Positions 17,531 to 27,646 of a stretch of 64,000 bases of DNA are shown here, piece by piece (positions within the stretch are counted from its first letter, which is position 1; each line of letters starts with the position of its first letter). The notes beneath the pieces are model-generated. The model did not search any database. It saw nothing but the letters and a program-made list of their open reading frames with translations, and was not told the origin of the DNA. Both the position numbers and the translations under genes were made by a program. This DNA comes from Bacteroidales bacterium (GTDB lineage: Bacteria; Bacteroidota; Bacteroidia; Bacteroidales; VadinHA17). Where the stretch lies: positions 15,127-79,126 of the forward strand of contig JARKQN010000039.1 in the NCBI GenBank assembly GCA_029974835.1, in the 5' to 3' direction.

Positions 17531-18918
17531 ATTACGATCTTATTGTGATAGGCAGCGGCCCCGGCGGCTATGTGGCGGCAATAAGGGCTGCACAGCTTAA
17601 AATGAAAGTTGCCGTAGTAGAAAAGGCTGAACTGGGCGGTATATGCCTGAACTGGGGATGCATTCCAACAAAATCGCTTCTGAAGAGCGCTCAGGTATTT
17701 GAGTATATAAATCACGCCGCCGACTACGGGATAAAAATAAATGGAGAAGCCACCGCCGATTTCGGCTCCGTTATTCAAAGAAGCAGAAACGTGGCGGAGG
17801 GAATGAGCAAGGGAATCAGCTTTCTCTTCAGGAAAAACAATATAGAACATATCAAAGGGTTCGGCCGGCTCGCCGGGAAAGGCCGGGTGGAGGTTACAGA
17901 CGCCGTAGGGGAGAAAAAAACCTACAGCGCAAAACATATAATTGTTGCAACGGGCGCAAGGTCGAAGGAGCTGCCCGGACTGAAGCAGGACGGGAAAAAG
18001 ATTATCGGTTACCGCGAAGCAATGTCGCTGCCCGTGCAACCCCGATCAATGGTTATTGTCGGATCGGGTGCAATAGGGAGTGAATTTGCATATTTCTACC
18101 AGACCATGGGAACTCAGGTAACTCTTGTGGAGATGTTCCCGAATATAATACCCCTTGAAGATGAAGAAGTTTCAAAACAGCTCGAAAAGAACTTCAAAAA
18201 GATGAAGATGAAAATCCTCACTGGGTCCACAGTTGAATCGGCCGATATCACAGGCGAAATGGTAAGGGTTAATATCAAAACACCCAAGGGGACCGAGACC
18301 GTGGAAGCCGATATTGTTTTTTCGGCTGCAGGCGTAACAACGAATATTGAAGGTATCGGGCTCGAGGAAGCCGGTGTTAAGACTGAAAAGGGGAAAGTGG
18401 TGGTGGATGATTATTACCGCACAACGGCTGAGGGTGTTTATGCCATCGGTGATATAGTAAAAGGTCCCGCTCTGGCCCATGTTGCATCGGCTGAGGGGAT
18501 ATTATGCGTGGAGAAGATCGCCGGACTAAATCCCGAACCACTTGACTATAACAATATACCTTCCTGTATTTATACGTCGCCCGAGGTGGCATCGTGCGGA
18601 ATGACCGAAAAACAGGCCGCGGAAGGCGGTTACGAAATAAAGGTCGGCAAATTCCCGTACACAGCCTCAGGTAAGGCAAGCGCCGCCGGTGCGCGCGACG
18701 GATTTGTCAAAATTATTTTCGATGCAAAATACGGAGAGATACTCGGCGCACACATGATAGGCGCCAACGTGACCGAAATGATTGCAGAGATTGTTGTGGC
18801 CCGCAAGCTTGAAACCACAGCACATGAGATAATCAAATCAGTGCATCCCCACCCGACAATGTCGGAGGCAATTATGGAAGCTGCAGCGGCGGCATTCGGA
18901 GAAGTTATTCATCTCTGA
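17527..18918 (+). CDS. lpdA: Dihydrolipoyl dehydrogenase (E3 flavoprotein disulfide reductase)
   Basis: FAD site GSGPGGYVAAIRAAQ, redox disulfide GGICLNWGCIPTK, NAD site VGSGAIGSEFA, and C-terminal His-Glu dyad HPHPTMSE. It overlaps the permease gene by 4 nt (ATGA). Confidence 0.9.
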   Translation: MNYDLIVIGSGPGGYVAAIRAAQLKMKVAVVEKAELGGICLNWGCIPTKSLLKSAQVFEYINHAADYGIKINGEATADFGSVIQRSRNVAEGMSKGISFLFRKNNIEHIKGFGRLAGKGRVEVTDAVGEKKTYSAKHIIVATGARSKELPGLKQDGKKIIGYREAMSLPVQPRSMVIVGSGAIGSEFAYFYQTMGTQVTLVEMFPNIIPLEDEEVSKQLEKNFKKMKMKILTGSTVESADITGEMVRVNIKTPKGTETVEADIVFSAAGVTTNIEGIGLEEAGVKTEKGKVVVDDYYRTTAEGVYAIGDIVKGPALAHVASAEGILCVEKIAGLNPEPLDYNNIPSCIYTSPEVASCGMTEKQAAEGGYEIKVGKFPYTASGKASAAGARDGFVKIIFDAKYGEILGAHMIGANVTEMIAEIVVARKLETTAHEIIKSVHPHPTMSEAIMEAAAAAFGEVIHL

Positions 18919-19054
18919 AACAGCCGTATACAGGCTTCTTCAGGCATCCTGAATGCCTCAACGCAACCACACAGGGAATAATTTCATCATTTAACTGAGG
19001 AGCGATTGCTGTTTCAGACATTTTATTTAATTTTATATCGTTATCCTATCCCTC

Positions 19055-19615
19055 TTGAACGATATAAAAGAGATAATAAAGGGTTGTCTCGAAGGCAGCA
19101 GGCGCGATCAGGAACTCCTGTACCGCAGGCATGCCCCTAAACTTTACGGAGTCTGCCTGCAGTATTCCGACAGCGACGAGGAGGCAAGAGATATTCTGCA
19201 GGAGGGATTTATTAAAATATTCCAGAACCTGCAGAACTATAAACATGAAGGTTCTTTTGAAGGATGGATGCGCAGGATTGTGGTAAACACCGCTCTCGAA
19301 AAATACAGGGCGCGGCACAATCTCTACAGGGTTGACGATATCGAAACTATCAACGAACCGGAGGCTGAACCCGGCAATGATGATTATGCGGGCGTCCAGG
19401 CTGACGACCTGCTGTACCTCATCAGAAACCTGCCTCCCAAATACAGGATGGTCTTCAACCTTTACGCCATCGAGGGATACTCGCATAAGGAGATAAGCGA
19501 GATGTTAAGCATTTCGGAAGGAACGTCAAAATCTAATCTTTCGAGGGCGCGGGTCATCCTGCAGAAGAAGGTGAGCTTATATACCGGATTAAGACGCAGT
19601 GTGATAAATGGCTGA
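19055..19615 (+). CDS. ECF-type RNA polymerase sigma-70 factor
   Basis: Region 2 reads EEARDILQEGFIKIFQNL. Region 4 HTH reads YAIEGYSHKEISEMLSISEGTSKSNLSRAR. The start is a TTG. Confidence 0.9.
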   Translation: MNDIKEIIKGCLEGSRRDQELLYRRHAPKLYGVCLQYSDSDEEARDILQEGFIKIFQNLQNYKHEGSFEGWMRRIVVNTALEKYRARHNLYRVDDIETINEPEAEPGNDDYAGVQADDLLYLIRNLPPKYRMVFNLYAIEGYSHKEISEMLSISEGTSKSNLSRARVILQKKVSLYTGLRRSVING

Positions 19616-20939
19616 TGATTTTCTGAATATTGACCTTGTTTTCAGGAACGGACTTAAGGATTTTGAGGCTCTTCCCCCTGATTCAGTCTGGGATTCCGTT
19701 CAGACTTCACTGCCTGGAAAGAAGGAGAGAAACATCAGACTCATGTTCGCAAGGGCGGCCTCTGTTGCAATACTGACGGCTTCGGCAGGAACCCTCCTCT
19801 GGTATGCCGGTTCTGAGCTTTCGGACGGGATAAACAGGCAGCAGGCCGTGACCCTTAACCAGGAACAGATGCCCGGGGGCAGTTATGTTACTCCCAAGGC
19901 TGTTGCCACACCAGTCATCAATACTCCTGTTCCTTCAAACGTGGCCACTCCACAGTCCGCTCCGGGGGAGCCGGCACGGAACGGGTTGAGCCAGTCACCC
20001 GAACAACTGAGAACCGCAGATCTGTCAGCAGATTTTAAAAAGGAAAACAGATTCCTGCCTCTGGCACTGATACAATATAAGGCTGTCGAAGAAACAGGGT
20101 TCGGCGGAAAAGAAAAGAGGGAAAAGGAGTTTCTCCTGAGCGATATAGAGTTGACAGACCAGCAACAGGGAGGGGAAAAATGGAAGCTCGGCGCCGCATT
20201 CCTGCCCGCTTATTATTCAAAGTTCAGCTTTGGAAACGACGACGCGGCAAAAGATTACATAAAGGAAGAAGACCTTGCATTCTCATACTCGGGAGGTCTT
20301 TCCGTGGCATTCAATGTCTCACGCAGGTTGTCTGTTCAGGCAGGAATGGTGCTGAATACCATGGGGCAGAAAATTGAAGGACTAACCTCATATTCAGGGT
20401 TCATAAAATACACGGAGGCAAAAAGCGGGAGCGACTTCGCAATAAGAACAGCTTCGGGTACCATAAACTCCGTAAATAAGGATATCTACTTCACCGACAG
20501 CAGAAACATATCGAGAGTACTGACCATGTACACAGCCGACATTTTTGATCCCGTAAAGGCGAATCTGCAATATGTCGGCAGTTCGGTCATTCAGAATCTT
20601 AAATACCTGGAGCTGCCGGTATCACTGCACTACAAACTGATTGACCGCACGGTTGATATCAGCATGTCGGGAGGCATATCCTATAACATACTTGTCGGCA
20701 ATAATTCTTATGTGCAGTCCGAAGGCGTAAAATACATGATTGGCAAAACAACAGGATTAAGTCCTGTAACTTTCAGTTCATCGCTTGGCCTGGGAATGGA
20801 GTATAAGCTCTCGCCATCCATGACACTCAGCGTGGAACCCGTGTTCAGGTATTACATAACCCCTCTCGGCGGAATAACAGGCTCTTCAATACATCCTTAT
20901 TCGTTCGGGGTGATGTCGGGCTTCTTCTATAATTTCTGA
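19608..20939 (+). CDS. Sigma-associated membrane protein: short cytoplasmic N-terminus, one TM helix, Pro-rich linker, C-terminal OM beta-barrel-like domain (putative anti-sigma partner)
   Basis: It overlaps the ECF sigma gene by 8 nt. The TM segment is AASVAILTASAGTLLWYAG. The linker is Pro/Ala/Thr-rich. The C-terminal 250 aa have alternating beta-strand patterns and end in ...GVMSGFFYNF (aromatic terminal residue). Confidence 0.45.
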   Translation: MADDFLNIDLVFRNGLKDFEALPPDSVWDSVQTSLPGKKERNIRLMFARAASVAILTASAGTLLWYAGSELSDGINRQQAVTLNQEQMPGGSYVTPKAVATPVINTPVPSNVATPQSAPGEPARNGLSQSPEQLRTADLSADFKKENRFLPLALIQYKAVEETGFGGKEKREKEFLLSDIELTDQQQGGEKWKLGAAFLPAYYSKFSFGNDDAAKDYIKEEDLAFSYSGGLSVAFNVSRRLSVQAGMVLNTMGQKIEGLTSYSGFIKYTEAKSGSDFAIRTASGTINSVNKDIYFTDSRNISRVLTMYTADIFDPVKANLQYVGSSVIQNLKYLELPVSLHYKLIDRTVDISMSGGISYNILVGNNSYVQSEGVKYMIGKTTGLSPVTFSSSLGLGMEYKLSPSMTLSVEPVFRYYITPLGGITGSSIHPYSFGVMSGFFYNF

Positions 20940-21126
20940 TCCGTTTACCGGTTTTATTATTCACCGCCATAAAGGCCGGTAGTGTCACCCTTTGGTAACA
21001 ACCTGACCGGAACGGCTGCCGTTTGTTGTAAATCTTTCCCCCGGCACTGCGGGTTGGCTATATAAAGACCTCACCCGGAGATTCTTCTTTGAGATTCGGT
21101 TATTATTCTGTCTGCTGTAAAATAAG

Positions 21127-21134
21127 TACCTTTG
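21127..21134 (+). promoter_or_regulatory. -7 box TAccTTTG
   Basis: TACCTTTG lies 27 nt upstream of ATG 21161. Confidence 0.45.
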
Positions 21135-21160
21135 CATTTTATTTTAAAATCGTGTTTCTG

Positions 21161-22111
21161 ATGAAAAACAATTTCAGGAAATGGTATCTGCTGTTTTCGT
21201 TGATTGCCGTCTCAGCCGTCATACTTTTATCATTTACGGGTTTCCCCGGAGAGAAGCAGCCGGGAGGGTCATCTTTTATGTCTGATGTGCCTGTCTCAGG
21301 GGCATTCCGTCTGCCCGACTCCGTCAGCTTTGCCGGCGAAATGATGCCTCTCGGGAATTTTGATACCCGCGAAAGCCTCGACAGGGAGATTATTATGACT
21401 GCCTACCGTCACGGATCAACCATCCTGATAATCAAGAGAGCAGCCAGGTATTTTCCCGTAATTGAAAAGATACTGGAGGAAGAGGGCATCCCTGACGATT
21501 TCAAATACGTTGCACTGGCCGAGAGTGAACTGATGAACCAGGTATCGCCTGCAGGAGCTGTCGGATTCTGGCAGATAATGTCTGCCACAGCTAAAGAGCA
21601 CGGGATGGAAATAAACAACGAGGTTGATGAACGTTACCATTTTGAGAAATCGACACGGGTAGCCTGCGATTATTTCAGAAAATCATATCAGAAATACGGA
21701 AGCTGGACCCTTGCGGCTGCTTCATATAACGGCGGGAGAAATGCCATCGACGAACAGATTGCAATCCAGAAAAAGAATAACTATTACGATCTGCTTTTGT
21801 CGGATGAAACCGCGAGATATATCTTCAGAATTGCAGCCTATAAGCTTATTATCGAAAATCCTTCATATTACGGCTTCAGTATCAGACCGGAAGAGATGTA
21901 CCAGCCGCTCCGTTACACCGAAGTGAAGGTCGACACTGCAGTTACCGATTTTGCAAGGTTTGCCGCAGGTTTCGGAACCAACTACAAGCTCCTGAAATTT
22001 TTCAATCCGTGGCTTCGCAAACCATTTCTTACGCGGAGAACAAACAAGACATATTTGATCAAAATACCCGAGCCTGGCTCAAGAACAGAATTTGAAGCTG
22101 ATAATCTGTAG
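21161..22111 (+). CDS. Lytic transglycosylase (SLT domain) protein, membrane-anchored
   Basis: The ATG at 21161 gives MKNNFRKWYLLFSLIAVSAVILL. The SLT catalytic region reads ALAESELMNQVSPAGAVGFWQIM, followed by AAASYNGG. Confidence 0.75.
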   Translation: MKNNFRKWYLLFSLIAVSAVILLSFTGFPGEKQPGGSSFMSDVPVSGAFRLPDSVSFAGEMMPLGNFDTRESLDREIIMTAYRHGSTILIIKRAARYFPVIEKILEEEGIPDDFKYVALAESELMNQVSPAGAVGFWQIMSATAKEHGMEINNEVDERYHFEKSTRVACDYFRKSYQKYGSWTLAAASYNGGRNAIDEQIAIQKKNNYYDLLLSDETARYIFRIAAYKLIIENPSYYGFSIRPEEMYQPLRYTEVKVDTAVTDFARFAAGFGTNYKLLKFFNPWLRKPFLTRRTNKTYLIKIPEPGSRTEFEADNL

Positions 22112-22132
22112 AATTGTGACCAATTGAGTTCA

Positions 22133-24967
22133 ATGATGAACGACAATCTGACAGTACTGGGCGCGAGGGTTCATAACCTTAAAAACATTGACGTTACCAT
22201 TCCAAGAAACAGCCTTGTGGTGATAACGGGCCTGAGCGGTAGCGGAAAATCATCTCTTGCCTTTGACACTATCTATGCCGAAGGCCAGAGGAGGTATATG
22301 GAGACTCTTTCAGCCTATGCACGCCAGTTCCTCGGAGGGATGGAACGACCCGACGTTGACCGTGTCACAGGCCTCAGCCCGGTGATTTCCATTGAGCAGA
22401 AAACGGTCAACAGAAACCCGCGCTCAACCGTCGGGACGATTACCGAAATATACGACTTCCTCAGGCTTCTTTATGCCAGGGCATCCGATGCTTATTCGTA
22501 TGCGTCGGGAGAGAAAATGGTAAGATACACTGACGACCAGATTATCAGCCTCGTAAAGGAGAATTTTGCGGGTAAGAAAATAAATATTCTGGCACCTGTT
22601 GTAAGGGGGCGTAAAGGTCATTACCGGGAACTATTTGAACGCCTCCGCCTTAAGGGTTATCTTCACGTAAGGGTTAACGGTGAAATCAGGGACATAACCC
22701 ACGGGATGAAACTCGACCGCTACAAAACCCATTTCATTGAGATTGTGATTGACAAATTCAGGGCCGGAGAAACAGACGATAAACGTCTCAGGGATTCGGT
22801 TTTACTTGCACTTGCCCAGGGCGACGGTGTGATGATGGTGCTCGAAACCGAAACCGGACAGGTTCGTTATTTCTCACGCCACCTGATGTGCCCCGTAACG
22901 GGAATCTCTTATGACGAACCGGCACCTCACTCTTTTTCATTTAACTCGCCTCAGGGTGCCTGTCCCGTCTGCAACGGGCTCGGAGAAATTTCGGATATTG
23001 ACATTAACAAACTTATTCCCGACCCTTCACTGAGCATACGCAAAGGAGGTATCGAACCGCTGGGAAAATACCGCAATACCTGGATATTCTGGCAGATAGA
23101 GGCAGTGGCCGAGAAAAACGGTTTTACCATCGACACCCCCATAAATGAAATACCCGAGGAAGCGCTTCACAAGGTCCTCTACGGTTCCGATGAAGTGCTG
23201 AAGCTTTCAAACACTCCTCTGGGTCTGACCTCAAACTACTTCCTGACCTTCGAGGGAGTGGTCAGCTTCCTTGGCAACATTGAAGCTGCGAATGGCCAGA
23301 AAAACGGGCAGAAAAACGGCGCCAGGTCGAAAGAACAGTATATCGAATACAAAGTATGCCCGGAATGCAACGGTACAAGACTTAAAAAGGAGGCCCTCTG
23401 GTTCAGGATTGCAGAAAAAAACATCGGCGAGCTGTCGGCTATGGATGTCAGGGAACTGAACGGATTTCTCGCCGGCATTGAAGAGCGGATTACGGAACGG
23501 CAGAGAAAAATAGCAGCTGAGATACTTAAAGAGATTAGAGCCAGGCTTGGATTTCTTATTGATGTAGGTCTCGATTACCTCTCACTGAACCGCGGGGCAA
23601 GAACACTGTCGGGCGGCGAAAGCCAGAGAATAAGGCTCGCCACCCAGATAGGATCAAAACTGGTAAACGTGCTTTATATACTCGATGAACCAAGCATCGG
23701 CCTTCACCAGAGAGATAACAGGCGCCTTATAAATTCCCTTAAGCAGCTAAGGGATGCAGGCAACTCGGTAATAGTTGTGGAACACGACCGGGAGATGATT
23801 CTCTCAGCCGATCATATTGTGGATGTCGGACCCGGAGCAGGTGTGCACGGCGGGAAAATAGTGGCGCAGGGGCACCCCTCGGAATTCAGGGAGTGCAACA
23901 CTCTTACATCAGCCTATATCAACAATTGCCGCCGTATAGAGGTGCCCGAAAAAAGACGCCCCGGAAATGGAAAACTTATCACAATAAAAGGAGCTTCGGG
24001 GCACAACCTGAAGGAAATAGATGTCGCTTTCCCGCTCGGAACATTTATTTGCGTAACAGGTGTTTCCGGAAGCGGAAAATCATCCCTTATAAATCAGACC
24101 CTTCATCCCGCACTGGCCCGTAAATATCACAAATCGGGCAAAACGCCGCTCCCTTACCGGGAGATAACAGGCCTCGAAAATGCCGACAAGGTTATTGAGG
24201 TGAGCCAGGCCCCGATAGGAAAGACGCCCCGGTCAAATCCCGCAACCTATACAGGCCTCTTTACCGACATACGCACACTTTTTGCACAGACAGCCGAAGC
24301 CAGAATAAGGGGATTCGGCCCGGGCAGATTTTCCTTTAATGTGAAGGGAGGCCGTTGCGAGGGATGCGAGGGTGCAGGCGTGAAAACAATTGAAATGAAT
24401 TTTCTGCCGGATGTTTATGTTCATTGCACCGACTGTAACGGGAAAAGATATAACCGCGAAACGCTGGAAGTTAAATATAAGGGCAGAAATATAAGCGATG
24501 TCCTCGAAATGACGGTTGATGAGGCGGTGGATTTTTTTGTCAACGTGCCCTCTATCTATCATAAGGTCAAAACCTTACAGGATGTCGGACTTGGCTATAT
24601 CAAGATAGGCCAGCAATCGACCACACTTTCGGGAGGCGAATCGCAGAGGGTGAAGCTCGCAACGGAACTCTCGAGACGCGATACGGGAAAAACAATATAT
24701 ATACTCGATGAACCGACCACCGGACTGCATTTTGAAGATGTCAGGATACTTCTCGGAGTACTGAACAGGCTGGTCGACAGGGGCAATACCGTGATAGTGA
24801 TTGAGCATAATATGGATGTGATAAAGATGGCGGATCACATTATCGACCTTGGTCCGGAGGGCGGAAAGGAGGGAGGGTATGTTGTTTTCGCAGGCACTCC
24901 GGAGGAGCTGATTAGGCAAAGCGGCAACTACACAGGTGAGTTTCTGAGACAGGAAATGGGCTATTAA
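22133..24967 (+). CDS. uvrA: Excinuclease ABC subunit A
   Basis: Motifs seen: [34 protein letters not shown], zinc modules [18 protein letters not shown] and [16 protein letters not shown], and two ABC signatures [12 protein letters not shown] and [12 protein letters not shown]. The track ORF starts at the TTG at 22124; the first ATG is at 22133. Confidence 0.97.
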   Translation: MMNDNLTVLGARVHNLKNIDVTIPRNSLVVITGLSGSGKSSLAFDTIYAEGQRRYMETLSAYARQFLGGMERPDVDRVTGLSPVISIEQKTVNRNPRSTVGTITEIYDFLRLLYARASDAYSYASGEKMVRYTDDQIISLVKENFAGKKINILAPVVRGRKGHYRELFERLRLKGYLHVRVNGEIRDITHGMKLDRYKTHFIEIVIDKFRAGETDDKRLRDSVLLALAQGDGVMMVLETETGQVRYFSRHLMCPVTGISYDEPAPHSFSFNSPQGACPVCNGLGEISDIDINKLIPDPSLSIRKGGIEPLGKYRNTWIFWQIEAVAEKNGFTIDTPINEIPEEALHKVLYGSDEVLKLSNTPLGLTSNYFLTFEGVVSFLGNIEAANGQKNGQKNGARSKEQYIEYKVCPECNGTRLKKEALWFRIAEKNIGELSAMDVRELNGFLAGIEERITERQRKIAAEILKEIRARLGFLIDVGLDYLSLNRGARTLSGGESQRIRLATQIGSKLVNVLYILDEPSIGLHQRDNRRLINSLKQLRDAGNSVIVVEHDREMILSADHIVDVGPGAGVHGGKIVAQGHPSEFRECNTLTSAYINNCRRIEVPEKRRPGNGKLITIKGASGHNLKEIDVAFPLGTFICVTGVSGSGKSSLINQTLHPALARKYHKSGKTPLPYREITGLENADKVIEVSQAPIGKTPRSNPATYTGLFTDIRTLFAQTAEARIRGFGPGRFSFNVKGGRCEGCEGAGVKTIEMNFLPDVYVHCTDCNGKRYNRETLEVKYKGRNISDVLEMTVDEAVDFFVNVPSIYHKVKTLQDVGLGYIKIGQQSTTLSGGESQRVKLATELSRRDTGKTIYILDEPTTGLHFEDVRILLGVLNRLVDRGNTVIVIEHNMDVIKMADHIIDLGPEGGKEGGYVVFAGTPEELIRQSGNYTGEFLRQEMGY

Positions 24968-25072
24968 AACGAAAGCAAATCCGCGGAAATCCGCGCTGAA
25001 ATCTGCGGCAATCCGCGTTCCATCGGTTTTCAGTTTATACAGAACGAAGATAGCACGCTGATAAACGCGGAT
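24968..25072. repeat. 105-bp dispersed direct repeat, copy 1 (contains an AATCCGCG array)
   Basis: It starts at the nucleotide after the uvrA stop codon. It has 5 mismatches over 105 bp relative to 25180-25284. Internal imperfect repeats of about 11 bp: aaatccgcgg aaatccgcgct gaaatctgcggc aatccgcg. Confidence 0.9.
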
Positions 25073-25179
25073 CCCGCCTGTGTCGGGAACGCTGATGAAC
25101 GCTGATTTAATCCGTTATAAGCCATTTAATATCGTTCCCTGTCCGGAGAAATATAAATATGAAGACTGATACAAAGATG

Positions 25180-25284
25180 AACGAAAGCAAATCCGCGGTA
25201 ATCCGCGCTGAAATCCGCGGCAATCCGCGTTCCATTGTTTTTCAGTTTATACAGAACGAAGATGGCACGCTGATAAACGCGGAT
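25180..25284. repeat. 105-bp dispersed direct repeat, copy 2
   Basis: It is in the same orientation as copy 1, 212 bp downstream, with the same AATCCGCG array and the same 3-prime half ttcagtttatacagaacgaagat.gcacgctgataaacgcggat. Confidence 0.9.
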
Positions 25285-25356
25285 GCTCCGTTTTACGGTG
25301 CTCAACAAGACAGTTTAACCTCATGACCTATGTGCCGAGGGATCCCAATAAATTAT

Positions 25357-25364
25357 TATATTTG
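25357..25364 (+). promoter_or_regulatory. -7 box TAtaTTTG
   Basis: TATATTTG lies 23 nt upstream of ATG 25387. Confidence 0.45.
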
Positions 25365-25386
25365 GTGACTTTTTTAAGGAACAATT

Positions 25387-26097
25387 ATGGAAAAACCCGC
25401 TGATCTCATTAAAGACGCTTTCGAACAGAAAACATGGCAGGAGATTCATATAACCGATTCGTGGAGAGTATTTAAGATTCTGTCAGAACTTGTTGAAGGA
25501 TTCGAGAAACTTGCAAGAATAGGACCCTGCGTTTCCATATTCGGATCGGCTCGTACCAAACCCGACAACAAATACTACCAGATTGCGGAAGACATAGCTT
25601 TCAAGCTCACCCAAAAGGGATACGGTGTGATTACGGGAGGAGGGCCGGGGATTATGGAGGCTGCGAACAAAGGAGCCTCTCGCGGTAAAGGCAAATCGGT
25701 GGGCATAAACATCGATCTCCCTTTTGAACAGAGACCCAACCCCTACATCGACAGCGACAAACTCATCACATTCGACCATTTCTTCGTGAGAAAGGTGATG
25801 TTCATGAAATATGCCCAGGGCTTCATCGTGCTGCCCGGAGGCTTCGGCACTTTTGACGAACTGTTCGAAGCCATAACACTTATTCAGACAAGAAAGATCG
25901 GGAAATTCCCTATTATTCTCGTCGGGAAAAGCTACTGGAACGGGCTTATCGACTGGGTAAAAGAGGTGATGCTGAACGAGGAAAAGAATATCTCTCCGGA
26001 TGACCTTAACCTGTTCACTCTTGTCGACACATCTGATGAGGCTGTGGACCTGATCGACAAGTTCTACTCAAGGTATCTCCTCAGTCCCAACTTCTGA
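25387..26097 (+). CDS. LOG-family (TIGR00730) Rossmann-fold nucleotide phosphoribohydrolase
   Basis: Motifs seen: GYGVITGGGPGIMEAANKGA and the family signature PGGFGTFDELFE. Confidence 0.85.
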   Translation: MEKPADLIKDAFEQKTWQEIHITDSWRVFKILSELVEGFEKLARIGPCVSIFGSARTKPDNKYYQIAEDIAFKLTQKGYGVITGGGPGIMEAANKGASRGKGKSVGINIDLPFEQRPNPYIDSDKLITFDHFFVRKVMFMKYAQGFIVLPGGFGTFDELFEAITLIQTRKIGKFPIILVGKSYWNGLIDWVKEVMLNEEKNISPDDLNLFTLVDTSDEAVDLIDKFYSRYLLSPNF

Positions 26098-26099
26098 TA

Positions 26100-26909
26100 A
26101 TGAACCGGAACCCATTAATCGCATTCTGCTGCTGCTTCTTACCATTGACATGTATTTTTCCCCAGAAGCCGGTGGTTTGCGAAACATCACCTCAATGGGA
26201 GGCCGGTAAATACAACAGGGTAAACATAACGGTCAAATTCCCCTCTTCATCGGGCTTCGCAAGGTTCACCCAGGAGATGCCGGAGGGTATTGATATTGTA
26301 CCTGAGGCAGTTTCACAGGGGGATTTTTCATACAATGGCCGGCAGCTGAACGTCGTCTGGCTTTCAGTACCTGCGGAAGGTGTTGCTTCTTTCTCTTACC
26401 TGGCAAGCCCCGACAGAACAATGAACGGAACGTTCTCCCTCGGAGGAAAGCTGATACAGATTACAGGCGGAAAATACAGGCATGATTATTACATGGACAG
26501 CCTCGCCGTTAAAGTAACCGGAACAGCCGGAAATGCTGCCGTGGAAAAACCGCTGAAACCTACGGGTGAGATTTCTGCACAGGAACAGTCAGATGCTTCC
26601 CGGGCCGGATCCGTCACGCAGGGCGGAGAGCAGCAGGTTGAATTCAGGATTCAGATTGCGGTTTCATCGAAGCCTTTAACACCTGCACAGGTTTCGGAAA
26701 AGCTTGGTTTAAAAGCGGATGAGCCTGTGAAAACGGTCAGGAGCGGCAATATTTATAAATATCAGGCCGGCTCCTTTACAAGTTATTCCGATGCTTTGGC
26801 AGCCCTGAAAAAATATAACGCTTCGGGTTTTAAAGATGCTTTTATCGTGGCATGGAAAGGGGATAAGCAGGTTCCTGTGGATGATAACCTTAAGAAGCGT
26901 CAGCCCTGA
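26100..26909 (+). CDS. Secreted SPOR-domain protein
   Basis: It has a signal peptide. The C-terminal SPOR-like module is EFRIQIAVSSKPL...YKYQAGSFTSYSDALAALKKYNASGFKDAFIVAW. A 2-nt gap separates it from the LOG gene. Confidence 0.65.
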   Translation: MNRNPLIAFCCCFLPLTCIFPQKPVVCETSPQWEAGKYNRVNITVKFPSSSGFARFTQEMPEGIDIVPEAVSQGDFSYNGRQLNVVWLSVPAEGVASFSYLASPDRTMNGTFSLGGKLIQITGGKYRHDYYMDSLAVKVTGTAGNAAVEKPLKPTGEISAQEQSDASRAGSVTQGGEQQVEFRIQIAVSSKPLTPAQVSEKLGLKADEPVKTVRSGNIYKYQAGSFTSYSDALAALKKYNASGFKDAFIVAWKGDKQVPVDDNLKKRQP

Positions 26910-27371
26910 TCATTTTATTTTCCGCATGCGGTCCATCTCCCGCGCCGCATCCTTCTTCCTGAGAGTCTCACGCTTGTCGTATTCCTTCTTTCCCTTCGAT
27001 AGTGCAATTTCAGCCTTGGCAAGCCCTCGCTCGTTGATGAAGACTTTCATGACAATAATCGTAAGTCCCGATTCCTTCACTTTCTTTTCAAGCTTCCGCA
27101 GTTCGCGCGATTTAAGCAATAACTTTCTTTCCTGTACCGGGTTGTGATTCAGTAGGTTGCCGAATGCATACTCGCTTATATGCATCCCTTTTACATAAAG
27201 TTCACCGTTGTGAAAGTGACACCACGAATCGGCCAGGTTTGCTTTTCCTTCACGCAGCGATTTGATTTCTGTCCCGGTGAGCACAATGCCGGCAATAAAC
27301 TTCTCAATGAATTCAAAATCGTGAGAAGCTTTTTTGTTTTTAATCAGAATATTTCCTGCACGGCCTTTCAT
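26910..27371 (-). CDS. smpB: SsrA-binding protein
   Basis: Motifs seen: NKKASHDFEFIEKFIAGIVLTGTEIKSLREGKANL and a basic C-terminal tail. The size (153 aa) is typical. Confidence 0.95.
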   Translation of the reverse strand: MKGRAGNILIKNKKASHDFEFIEKFIAGIVLTGTEIKSLREGKANLADSWCHFHNGELYVKGMHISEYAFGNLLNHNPVQERKLLLKSRELRKLEKKVKESGLTIIVMKVFINERGLAKAEIALSKGKKEYDKRETLRKKDAAREMDRMRKIK

Positions 27372-27646
27372 CGGGTTTATTGCTTTTACCGGGCAAAATT
27401 AGTCAAAATAAGTATGAAACATGACAGCGTTACAAAACCCGGCTTTATATTTGACAAGGCAGTTTTTAATGGCACGCTTATTACACTGATGCCGCTGGTA
27501 TTCAGGGATTAGGTTCCCCAAAACGGAAAAGTTTTTTATAAGGCAGGCAATATTTATTTATTACCGGAAAGTGCAGCAGACCCGGAAAATGATGGATTTT
27601 TTCCTGCATTATTCATAAATTTCCGGAAAATAAAACCGGAGAAAGA

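Noticed and set aside
23291-23320. 12-nt tandem duplication inside uvrA (ggccagaaaaac gggcagaaaaac, giving [10 protein letters not shown])
   Set aside because: It is in frame and lies in a linker-like region between conserved UvrA modules. It is most likely a harmless slippage duplication.
25159-25326. 55-codon ATG ORF (MKTDTKMNESKSAVIRAEIRGNPRS…) inside repeat copy 2, and the in-frame extension of uvrA through copy 1
   Set aside because: Differences between the two repeat copies are 4 non-synonymous to 1 synonymous. Copy 1 lacks a start codon and follows a TAA. This is more consistent with a non-coding repeat, so it is reported as a repeat finding instead.
27372-27646. 275-bp smpB/miaA divergent intergenic region, examined for an RNA gene or small ORF (33-codon ATG ORF at 27414)
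   Set aside because: I saw no convincing conserved-looking secondary structure or promoter/terminator pair. The small ORF has no supporting signal.
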